From: an uncultured Eubacteriales bacterium
GTDB lineage: Bacteria; Bacillota; Clostridia; Oscillospirales; Acutalibacteraceae
Direction of reading: 5' to 3'
DNA: 64,000 nucleotides
Assembly (NCBI GenBank): GCA_964454355.1
Contig: CAYVTA010000002.1
Span: forward strand, 8,428 to 72,427
The notes under the pieces are model-generated. The model did not search any database. It saw nothing but the letters and a program-made list of their open reading frames with translations, and was not told the DNA's origin. A program made the translations under genes and the position numbers. Below, in pieces: positions 32,280 to 41,054 of the stretch. Position 1 is the first letter of the stretch, and the number at the start of each line of letters is the position of its first letter.

Positions 32280-32584
32280 AAATCTCCCTCCTGAAATGAT
32301 ATTTTAAGGAATACTGTTTCCAAAAAATATTCACTATTATATTATAATTGAATATTATATACCTGTATTCAGAAAAATTCAATATTGATTGATAAACTTT
32401 TAACAATAAAAAATAAACAAAACATAAAAACTGTACAAATGTCTATTGAAACTTAAAAGATAATTGAGTTAATAAATATGTAAACAATAATTCAACTGCG
32501 ATAAATTATTGTTTGCCATATTGAAAAAAATATCTTATGATATATCACCCCTGCCCAATCATAGGGGATTAAGGTATTTACAGT

Positions 32585-32628
32585 AAAAAAAACGGCACAT
32601 TAAGCCCTAAATATGCTTAATTGTGCCG
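32585..32628 (-). terminator. Intrinsic terminator of yebC
   Basis: Minus strand reads CGGCACAATTAAGC-N9-GCTTAATGTGCCG followed by T8. Confidence 0.8.
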
Positions 32629-32689
32629 AATTATGCAATTTTTAATTTAAAGAACTTTTAATACAGCCTGTTTAATCTACACAAGCTGA

Positions 32690-33433
32690 TTATCCTTCGT
32701 AATCGTCTTCGTTCTCCCAGTTATGCCATACGTTCTGAACATCATCGTTGTCATCGAACATTTCAAGCATTTTACCCATACTCTTGATATCATCCGGATT
32801 ATCAAGTCTTGTGTATGTTGAAGGAATATACTCCGCCTCTGCTGAAATTGCAGTATAACCTGCCGCAGTAAGAGCATCACTGACAGCACCCACATCATGG
32901 GGATCGGTTCTGACCTGGAAAACTTCCTCTTCGTCAGTAATCAGATCTGTAGCACCGGCTTCAAGAGCAGTTTCAAGAAGAGCATCCTCATCAACGCCGT
33001 CTTTTTCTATAACGATATTACCCTGACGCTCAAACATGAACATAACGGAACCAGCTTGTCCCATATTTCCGCCGTACTTATCAAAATAGTGACGAACATC
33101 GCCTGCCGTTCTGTTTCTGTTATCTGTAAGAGTTTCAACAATAACCGCAATACCGCAGGGACCGTAACCCTCATAAACACACTCTTCGTAGCTTGTTGCA
33201 TCACCTTCGCCGGAAGCTTTCTTTATAATTCTTTCAATGTTATCATTGGGAACGTTTGCAGCCTTTGCCTTTGCGATAATATCCTTAAGTTTGGTATTTG
33301 CAGCAGGATCGGGACCGCCTTCACGAACAGCAACAGCAATCTCTCTGCCGATTTTTGTAAAAACTTTAGCTCTTTGATTATCAGTTTTTTCCTTTTTTCT
33401 CTTTATTGTACTCCATTTGGAGTGTCCTGACAT
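32690..33433 (-). CDS. yebC: YebC/PmpR-family transcriptional regulator
   Basis: MSGHSKWSTIKRKKEKTDNQRAKVFTK N-terminus. AAGGTGA RBS before the ATG at 33433. Confidence 0.92.
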   Translation of the reverse strand: MSGHSKWSTIKRKKEKTDNQRAKVFTKIGREIAVAVREGGPDPAANTKLKDIIAKAKAANVPNDNIERIIKKASGEGDATSYEECVYEGYGPCGIAVIVETLTDNRNRTAGDVRHYFDKYGGNMGQAGSVMFMFERQGNIVIEKDGVDEDALLETALEAGATDLITDEEEVFQVRTDPHDVGAVSDALTAAGYTAISAEAEYIPSTYTRLDNPDDIKSMGKMLEMFDDNDDVQNVWHNWENEDDYEG

Positions 33434-33566
33434 AAAAATCACCTTACATAAAAAAATTCTCATACATTTTATCACTAAATTGCATTTTCGTCAACACCGT
33501 TTTAAATATTTACCTGTTTTTCGGACAAAATATTTTACAAATATTCCTTAAGGACGGTTTTAAGCT

Positions 33567-36500
33567 GTGAACAGCATCATAAAGAAACTGAAAAGTGATA
33601 AAAAAATACTGTCAAAAGCATATAAAAATCATATTAAAGACCCGACTTCGGGATTTGAATGGCTAACTGATAATTTTTATATAATCGAAAAAATATATGA
33701 TTCAGCGTTGAAAGAAGCTTTAAAATTAAAAATTGACACCGACACAACAGCATTAACAAACCTTTGTGACAAAATATGCGAAAACGGAGTACTTCCCTGC
33801 GACGAAAAAATTATTGCGTTGCTTCTGAAAGAAAATCTGACAATAAAAGAACTGGAAAATATTGCCTTGTTTATAAAAGCTACCCTCTTATCCATAGCCG
33901 CCGATACCGTTGACAAGGATGAAGATGTGTTCTCGTCCTGCGTACAATCGCTTATAAGAATTGCAGAAACTGATTTCGGAAAAATTCTTTACGAAACAAG
34001 TGTAACAGAAAAGCTTCTCTGTCAGGATCCTGCCGGTATTTACAGAAACATGGATGAACAGACAAAAAGTATGTACAGAGAATCAGTTTACAAAACAGCG
34101 ATAAAAACAAAGAGAAGCGAAGCGGAAATTTGCGTTGAAATTCTTGAAAAAGCAAAAGCGGTCAACCGCCATATCGGCTTTTATCTTGATTTCCCCAAAC
34201 CAGACACAAAAATGGGGATTTTGGCTCTCACGCTCGAAGCAGTACTGCCATTAGCAGCAGGAATTATTCTTTCCGCAATTTTAAAAGCATGGTACCTTCT
34301 GCCTGTGTTATATTTGCCTCTTTGGGAAGGGCTAAAATTTATAACAGATTTTATTAATTCGAAAGCAGCAAAACCGAAACAACTGATGTCAATGGACTTT
34401 TCCCACAGCATACCTCTTAGTGAAAAAACAGTAATTGCTGTTTCTATTCTTCTTCCCGATGCTGCCTCATCAAAGAACATGACTGAACACTTGCGGCATC
34501 TCTACCTATCAAACTGCAAGGATAATGTATATATATGTGTTCTTGCAGACCTGCGTCAATCAAAAACGCCTACAACTCCTACTGACAAAGATGATATTAA
34601 TGCAATGAAAAGAGTAATTGATTCTCTGAATGAAAAATATAACGGAAAGTTTATCCTTGCAATCAGAGACAGACGTTTCTCGATTACGGAAAATGCATAT
34701 ATCGCTCACGAAAGAAAAAGAGGTGCTGTAACATCTCTTGTAAAGCTGATAAAAGAAGATAATCACGACTTTTCAGTGCTTCACGGAGATACAAAACAGT
34801 TAACAAACGCAAAATATATCATGGCTCTTGATTCAGACACCGAAATGCCTGCAGGAAGCCTTAATGCACTCATAGGAATCGGAGCACATCCATTGAACAG
34901 TCCTGTAATATCTCCATCAAAGAACCGTGTCACAAGGGGATTCGGTATCATATCCCCACGAATGGAAACTTCGCTGAATGCAGCTTCAAGAACTCACTTT
35001 TCTTCTGCTTTTGCAGGCTCAGGCGGTCTTCCTGCTTATACAAATACAGTATGTGAAAGATATCAGGATATGTTCGGCACAAGCATTTTTTCAGGCAAAG
35101 GTCTTATCAATGTTGATGCATATTACCGACTACTTCCTGACCGTTTTCCTCAAGAGCAGATTCTCAGCCATGATATTCTGGAAGGAATCATTCTCCGCAC
35201 AGGATTTGCAGGTGAAATTGCCCTTACCGATTCATTTCCGACAAATGAACACTCATACTTTAAGCGTCTTCATCGCTGGATCAGAGGTGATATTCAGAAT
35301 ATTCAAATAGCACTTGACCGCCGGTATAAGCAAACATTCAACGCTCTTGACAAATGGTGGTTGTCAGACAATATCAGACGTGCCTTAACTCCGACAATGT
35401 CAGTCATTGCGATTATTTTATCATTCATAATGCCGTCTTCGGCAGCAACAGCGGCTACGCTTACAGCACTGTTATCACTTTCAGCAGTTCATTTATTCTC
35501 AATGATAAGATCTCTGATACACGGAGAAATTGCTATAGTATCAAGACTGTATTTTTCCGACACAGTTCCCTACTCTATGAGCTGTCTGTTTAAAGCACTT
35601 ATAAATGCGATTACACTTGTCCGTCATGCTCAATGTGCAGTTGATGCGATTCTCCGTTCACTTCACAGAATGCTTATCAGCAGAAAGCATATGCTGGAAT
35701 GGACAACAGCCGCCGATGCAGAAAAAGAAAAATCATTTTTCTCGCTGATAAAAAAATCAATTATATCCTTTACGCTGGGCTTATTACTTCTCATTTTCGG
35801 AAACACAGCAATGAAAATTGCAGGATTACTGTTTATTTTTGATTTACCGTTTGCCGTTTTTTCCGGAAAGCAAAAAAAAGTTCACAAGCCTCATCTTAAC
35901 GAATCGGAAAAGAAACAGCTTTTATCCTACACATCGTTAATGTGGCGATTTTACGAAGATCTCTGTAACAAAGAACACAATTATCTCATTCCGGATAATA
36001 TTCAGTTTTCACCTGTTTTTGCCGTAGCCGACAGAACATCACCGACAAATATTGGGCTTATGTTATGTGCATTTCTTGCAGCAAGAGATTTTGACTACAT
36101 CGGAACTCAGGAATTATATTTAATGCTTTCTCGCTCACTGAATACAATTGAAAAATTGGAAAAGTACAAGGGAAATCTTTACAATTGGTACAGCACAAAA
36201 ACGCTTGATGTTCTGACACCCCGATTCATTTCCACAGTTGACAGCGGAAATTTTCTTTGCTGTCTGACAGCACTCAAACAAGGGCTTGTACAATACACCA
36301 ATGAATGTCCGGAACTTGAAAGCATAAGAGAACACATAGATTCAATTATAAACGGTTGTGACATGGATTTTCTTTACAGCAAAAAAAGAGATCTTTTTCA
36401 TATAGGCTATGACACACAAAGTCAAACACTTGCTTCGTCATATTTTGACCTTCTGATGAGTGAAGCGAGAATGACAAGTTATTTTGCCGTGGCAAGTGAC

Positions 36501-39500
36501 AAAGTTCCGTTAAATCATTGGAAGTCACTCGGTCGCACTCTTTCAAAAAGCGGAAGATATACAGGTCCCGTGTCCTGGTCCGGAACGATGTTTGAATATT
36601 TTATGCCTGCACTTTTTCTTCCTGATTTTCCCAACACCATAAGCAGAGAAGGCTTGAAGTTTTGCATTTATTGTCAAAAAAAGCAAGTAAAAAACATGAA
36701 TATTCCATACGGTATTTCTGAAAGCGGATACTATGCTTTTGATGTTAATTTGAATTACAGCTACAAAGCACACGGTACAGACGGTTTAAGTATAAGAAAA
36801 AGCAATAAAAATGAAACTGTAATTTCTCCGTATTCTTCATTTTTAACGATTTCTCAGGATCCGCACGGAGCGATGAAGAATCTGAAAGAGCTTAAAGATC
36901 TGGGCGTTTTCGGAAAATACGGTTTTTGCGAGGCAGTGGATTTTACAAAAAAAAGATGTCGGAATCGGAATTATTCTGTTGTCAGAAGCTATATGTCACA
37001 CCACATCGGAATGAGTTTTATTGCGGCGGCAAATGCAGTTTTTGAAAACACTTTCAGAAAAAGATTCATCAGTGACGATTCCATGCTTGCAAAAGAAAGT
37101 CTGCTAATGGAAAAAATCCCATCGGATGCAAAAATCGGGAAAAATCCTGCAAACAACTATAACACATACCGACCGGAAAGAACACAGCGAGCAAAAACAA
37201 ATCTTGAAAATGTTTGTGCAACAAATCCTGTCTGTGCAATGTATTCAAACGGTGAGTGGTCACTTTTTGCCGCAGACACCGGATGCAGTATTTCCTTATT
37301 CAGAGAAATGTCGGTTTTTAAATGCAGAAAAGATCCTTTCTGCTATCCGGACGGTATTTTTGCCGCTATAAAATACAACGAGGACAGTATCCTGCCCTTT
37401 ACCGATGCACCCACATACGGTAAAAATCCAAATATCGCAGTACAAATTTCAGATACGGGAATCGTTTATAAAAATTCAGACAAAAATTTTTCCTGCACGC
37501 AAAGCATAACGGTTCATCCGAAACTCCCCTGTCAAATCCAGACATTTCGTATTAAAAACAAAACAAAATCAAAAAAAAGTATCTCCTTAATGATATATGC
37601 AGAGCCATTCCTTAAAAAAATCGAAGAACCTGACACACATCCTGCATTTTCAAATATGTTTATTGAAGTATTTTATGATGAAGCTGAGAAAGTTTTAATC
37701 TTCACAAGAAAGACAGATTGTAAAGATAATCAGCTTTACATTACAATGGGCTTTTCTGAAAAATCTGAGCTTACGGTTGCAACAGACAGAGAGGGTGTAT
37801 TATCACCCACGACAGGCATTTTCGGCATTTTTGAAAACAATTTTAATATAAAATCCGAGTCAGTTGACAAGTGTATCGCTTTACAGCTTAATTTCAACGT
37901 ATCTGCCTTCAGCGTTCATTCTCAGACACTTCTGATTGCTGCAGCATCGAACAAAACCGAAGCTGTCAACTCAATAGTCTCACTGCGTAGATCTGTACTA
38001 CCCTCAGAAAGCAAATGTGCACCGTCTGTTTTTACACAAAATTCGGTCGAGGAAATTTATGCTAAAAAACTGTGTGAAAGATATCTGTTCGGAAGGTCCC
38101 TTTCTTCTGAATCAAAGAAGGCAGCAGCTATCAACGAAGGTTCACGCAAAGATTTATGGGAAACAGGCATTTCAGGAGATTTTCCGATTGTGTTGGTAAG
38201 ATGCGAAAAAGATTCAACTCAAATTCCCGCATTTATTGCAATGCATTCAGGGCTCAGACAGGCATCAATAAAAACAGAACTTGTGTTTATAACGGATTCT
38301 CCTCTGGGATACAATAACAAAATTAAAGATGCAGTTATGGCTGAAACACCAGACAGTGAAATTATAGGCAAACGAGGCGGGATTTTTATTATGAGCACAC
38401 TCGGAATGTCAAGAAATGCTCTGTCTGCTCTAAGCTGTGCCGCAACTGTTATTTATCCTGAAACAGAAACGCCGAGCGAAAATGAAAAATTTGTTTTATC
38501 CCCATTAAAAGCCTCAATACACAATGCTGATAAAAATATGTTTATAAAAAACGGGTATCTTGTCGGCAAAGAGACTTATCTTCCCTGGTGCCATGTTATA
38601 AGTAACAGAAATTTCGGAGTTCTTCTCTCAAACACATCATTAGGTTACACATGGGCATTCAACTCCAGAGAAAATAAACTTACGCCCTGGTATAACGATA
38701 CACGTCGTGTCTTTGGCGGAGAAATGCTTATTATGTCAACAGAAAACGGACGCTTTGATTTAATTAACGGCTCATGTGCGTTTTTCAAAAACGGCACCGG
38801 CGAATACTATGCACAAGCGGATGCATTTTCCGTGAGAACCGGTGTAAATGTTCAAGGAGAAAATCTGTGCAAAAAAATCGAGCTGACGGTAACAAACACT
38901 CTTGAAACACCGAAAGACATTGAAATCAGCTATTACTGCGAACTTGCATTAGGCGATTTTCCGCAAAAACAATTGTTTATAAAAAAAGAAACAGGTGCCG
39001 ACAGAATAATTCTTAAAAATATTTACAACAATGTTTTTGATGGTTACACAGTCATATCCGGTGACAGAGAATGTAAATTCTCATTTGACAAAACCGCATT
39101 TTTGGCAAACAAAAGCTCCGAAAATGATACGCACAATTGTGTAATAGCCACAAGAAAACTTCATTTGCCCGGAAAATCAAGTACTGATATAAAATTTTAT
39201 CTTTCTTACGGAAGCAGCATTTTTTCGGCAGTAAAAATGCCCTATATTGCACCGAAAAATACAAATACAAATCGAATAATTATTGAAACGGAAGACAAAA
39301 GCCTTAACCATCTTTTCAATGATTTTTTACCGAACCAGATCATTGACGGCAGAATTTTTGCAAGAACGGGATTTTATCAATGCAGTGGTGCATTCGGTTT
39401 TCGTGACCAACTTCAAGATGCAATGGCTGTTGCTGTTACTCACCCTGAAATACTAAAACTTCAGATTCTCCGATGCTGTGGTGCACAGTTCCGTGAAGGT

Positions 39501-40640
39501 GATGTCCTTCATTGGTTTCATCAGCTTTACACAGGCGGAAAACGTATTATGCGTGGTGTCAGGACACTTTATTCGGACGATCTTCTGTGGCTTCCTCTCG
39601 CAGTGAGTGAATACTGTACTGTCAGCGGTGACTTTTCACTTCTTGATGTAAATGTTCCGTTTATTGATGCCCCCGTTTTACAAAACGGTGAAATTGAACG
39701 GTACGGAGAATTTACAAAATCAAAATATACCGCTTCAGTATACAGTCATTGCATTACAGCCATATCTCATGCCTGCCGATTCGGCTCCCATTCACTGCCT
39801 CTTATAAAGGGCGGCGACTGGAACGATTCTTTTAATAAAGTCGGTATTAAAGGTAAGGGCGAAAGTGTATGGCTTGGAATGTTTTTGTCCTATGTGCTAA
39901 AAAAATTTGCTTTTATATGCAATTACAAGGGTGATAAGAAAACAAAAGAAACCATGAAAATGCTTGCTGTAAAAATTTTGAATGCGGTTGATGAACACGC
40001 ATGGGATACAAACAGATATTTGCGTTGCTTTTATGATGACGGAACTCCTATGGGTAAAATAGGGAACAGTGAATGCGAAACAGATCTGTTACCTCAGGCG
40101 TGGAGCGTAATTTCAGATATGCCAAACAAAGAACGATGCAAAACAGCGATAAATACTGCCTACGAACAGCTTGTTGACAAAGAAAACGGTATTATAAAGC
40201 TGTTTACACCGGCATTCAACGACAAAAGCAAAACTGCGGGTTATGTAAACAGATACCCGGAAGGTGTAAGAGAAAACGGCGGGCAATACACTCACGGTGC
40301 GGTGTGGCTTGCGGATGCTTTTTTCAGATTAAACGAGCCGCAAAAGGGATACGAATTACTAAACATTTTGAATCCTGCAAAGAAAAATACCGATATTTAC
40401 AAAACTGAGCCATATTATCTTGCAGGAGATGTTTATTCAAAAAGCTCAATGACGGGCAGAGGCGGTTGGAGCATTTATTCCGGTTCGGCAGGTTGGTTTT
40501 ACAGAACTGTCAGTGAGCAGATGTTCGGAATATCAAAATCCGGAAAAAATATAAAAATAAACCCCCGCCTTCCCGAAGAGCTTCGGGAAAGCAGGGTGAA
40601 AATTCAATCAGACGGTCATACCCATGAATTTAGGCTTTGA
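33567..40640 (+). CDS. NdvB/ChvB-type cyclic beta-1,2-glucan synthase-like multidomain protein (GT domain + glucoamylase-like domain + GH94 phosphorylase domain)
   Basis: GTG start 9 nt after AAGGACGG. GT-domain marks: DSD at nt 34830-34838, QILSHDILEG, and HRWIRGDIQ at about nt 35271-35297. TM helices flank the GT domain. Central-domain marks: TSPTNIG (TSP begins at about nt 36036), ISTVDSGNF, MFEYFMP. C-terminal GH94 marks: NSRENKLTPWYND, GFRDQLQD (nt 39396 onward), GGDWNDSFN (D at nt 39816), ENGGQYTHGAVW. Confidence 0.75.
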   Translation: MNSIIKKLKSDKKILSKAYKNHIKDPTSGFEWLTDNFYIIEKIYDSALKEALKLKIDTDTTALTNLCDKICENGVLPCDEKIIALLLKENLTIKELENIALFIKATLLSIAADTVDKDEDVFSSCVQSLIRIAETDFGKILYETSVTEKLLCQDPAGIYRNMDEQTKSMYRESVYKTAIKTKRSEAEICVEILEKAKAVNRHIGFYLDFPKPDTKMGILALTLEAVLPLAAGIILSAILKAWYLLPVLYLPLWEGLKFITDFINSKAAKPKQLMSMDFSHSIPLSEKTVIAVSILLPDAASSKNMTEHLRHLYLSNCKDNVYICVLADLRQSKTPTTPTDKDDINAMKRVIDSLNEKYNGKFILAIRDRRFSITENAYIAHERKRGAVTSLVKLIKEDNHDFSVLHGDTKQLTNAKYIMALDSDTEMPAGSLNALIGIGAHPLNSPVISPSKNRVTRGFGIISPRMETSLNAASRTHFSSAFAGSGGLPAYTNTVCERYQDMFGTSIFSGKGLINVDAYYRLLPDRFPQEQILSHDILEGIILRTGFAGEIALTDSFPTNEHSYFKRLHRWIRGDIQNIQIALDRRYKQTFNALDKWWLSDNIRRALTPTMSVIAIILSFIMPSSAATAATLTALLSLSAVHLFSMIRSLIHGEIAIVSRLYFSDTVPYSMSCLFKALINAITLVRHAQCAVDAILRSLHRMLISRKHMLEWTTAADAEKEKSFFSLIKKSIISFTLGLLLLIFGNTAMKIAGLLFIFDLPFAVFSGKQKKVHKPHLNESEKKQLLSYTSLMWRFYEDLCNKEHNYLIPDNIQFSPVFAVADRTSPTNIGLMLCAFLAARDFDYIGTQELYLMLSRSLNTIEKLEKYKGNLYNWYSTKTLDVLTPRFISTVDSGNFLCCLTALKQGLVQYTNECPELESIREHIDSIINGCDMDFLYSKKRDLFHIGYDTQSQTLASSYFDLLMSEARMTSYFAVASDKVPLNHWKSLGRTLSKSGRYTGPVSWSGTMFEYFMPALFLPDFPNTISREGLKFCIYCQKKQVKNMNIPYGISESGYYAFDVNLNYSYKAHGTDGLSIRKSNKNETVISPYSSFLTISQDPHGAMKNLKELKDLGVFGKYGFCEAVDFTKKRCRNRNYSVVRSYMSHHIGMSFIAAANAVFENTFRKRFISDDSMLAKESLLMEKIPSDAKIGKNPANNYNTYRPERTQRAKTNLENVCATNPVCAMYSNGEWSLFAADTGCSISLFREMSVFKCRKDPFCYPDGIFAAIKYNEDSILPFTDAPTYGKNPNIAVQISDTGIVYKNSDKNFSCTQSITVHPKLPCQIQTFRIKNKTKSKKSISLMIYAEPFLKKIEEPDTHPAFSNMFIEVFYDEAEKVLIFTRKTDCKDNQLYITMGFSEKSELTVATDREGVLSPTTGIFGIFENNFNIKSESVDKCIALQLNFNVSAFSVHSQTLLIAAASNKTEAVNSIVSLRRSVLPSESKCAPSVFTQNSVEEIYAKKLCERYLFGRSLSSESKKAAAINEGSRKDLWETGISGDFPIVLVRCEKDSTQIPAFIAMHSGLRQASIKTELVFITDSPLGYNNKIKDAVMAETPDSEIIGKRGGIFIMSTLGMSRNALSALSCAATVIYPETETPSENEKFVLSPLKASIHNADKNMFIKNGYLVGKETYLPWCHVISNRNFGVLLSNTSLGYTWAFNSRENKLTPWYNDTRRVFGGEMLIMSTENGRFDLINGSCAFFKNGTGEYYAQADAFSVRTGVNVQGENLCKKIELTVTNTLETPKDIEISYYCELALGDFPQKQLFIKKETGADRIILKNIYNNVFDGYTVISGDRECKFSFDKTAFLANKSSENDTHNCVIATRKLHLPGKSSTDIKFYLSYGSSIFSAVKMPYIAPKNTNTNRIIIETEDKSLNHLFNDFLPNQIIDGRIFARTGFYQCSGAFGFRDQLQDAMAVAVTHPEILKLQILRCCGAQFREGDVLHWFHQLYTGGKRIMRGVRTLYSDDLLWLPLAVSEYCTVSGDFSLLDVNVPFIDAPVLQNGEIERYGEFTKSKYTASVYSHCITAISHACRFGSHSLPLIKGGDWNDSFNKVGIKGKGESVWLGMFLSYVLKKFAFICNYKGDKKTKETMKMLAVKILNAVDEHAWDTNRYLRCFYDDGTPMGKIGNSECETDLLPQAWSVISDMPNKERCKTAINTAYEQLVDKENGIIKLFTPAFNDKSKTAGYVNRYPEGVRENGGQYTHGAVWLADAFFRLNEPQKGYELLNILNPAKKNTDIYKTEPYYLAGDVYSKSSMTGRGGWSIYSGSAGWFYRTVSEQMFGISKSGKNIKINPRLPEELRESRVKIQSDGHTHEFRL

Positions 40641-41052
40641 CATTCTTTCGATGAGCCATATAATCTTCAAGAATCATAACCGCAGAAACTGCATCAACAA
40701 CAGCTTTACGTTTTTTACCTCTTGTGTCGGTCATATTCAGTGCAAGATGGGCTGAAACAGTAGTCAGGCGTTCATCATACATCTGAACATCAAGACCTGA
40801 TTTTTCAGCAAGTTCAGAAGCAAATTCTTTACAGGCTTCGGCTCTAAAGCCCTGTGAACCATCCATGTTTTTTGGCAGTCCAACAACAAAGGCCTCGGCT
40901 TTTCTGTCTTTTGCGGCAGAGATGATCTTTTCGATAAGAGAGTCTCTGTCGCTTTCTTTTATCACAGAAACCGGCGAAGCGAGAATCTCATTTTTATCAC
41001 ACACGGCAAGCCCTGTGCGTACATCTCCGTAATCAACAGCCATTATAACCAT
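40630..41052 (-). CDS. ruvX: Holliday-junction resolvase-like / pre-16S rRNA nuclease RuvX (YqgF)
   Basis: MAVDYGDVRTGLAVCD motif, 140 aa. AGGAGA lies 6 nt upstream of the ATG at 41052. The 3' end overlaps the convergent giant gene by 11 nt. Confidence 0.9.
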   Translation of the reverse strand: MVIMAVDYGDVRTGLAVCDKNEILASPVSVIKESDRDSLIEKIISAAKDRKAEAFVVGLPKNMDGSQGFRAEACKEFASELAEKSGLDVQMYDERLTTVSAHLALNMTDTRGKKRKAVVDAVSAVMILEDYMAHRKNVKA

Positions 41053-41054
41053 AT

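Noticed and set aside
32482-32514. Inverted repeat AAACAATAATT-N11-AATTATTGTTT, plus a small CCCCT/AGGGG hairpin, in the 410-bp AT-rich region upstream of hppA.
   Set aside because: The stems are AT-only with no flanking signals and no small ORF or RNA motif. Such repeats are expected by chance in a long AT-rich promoter region. This is the largest non-coding gap in the window, so it is noted only for that reason.
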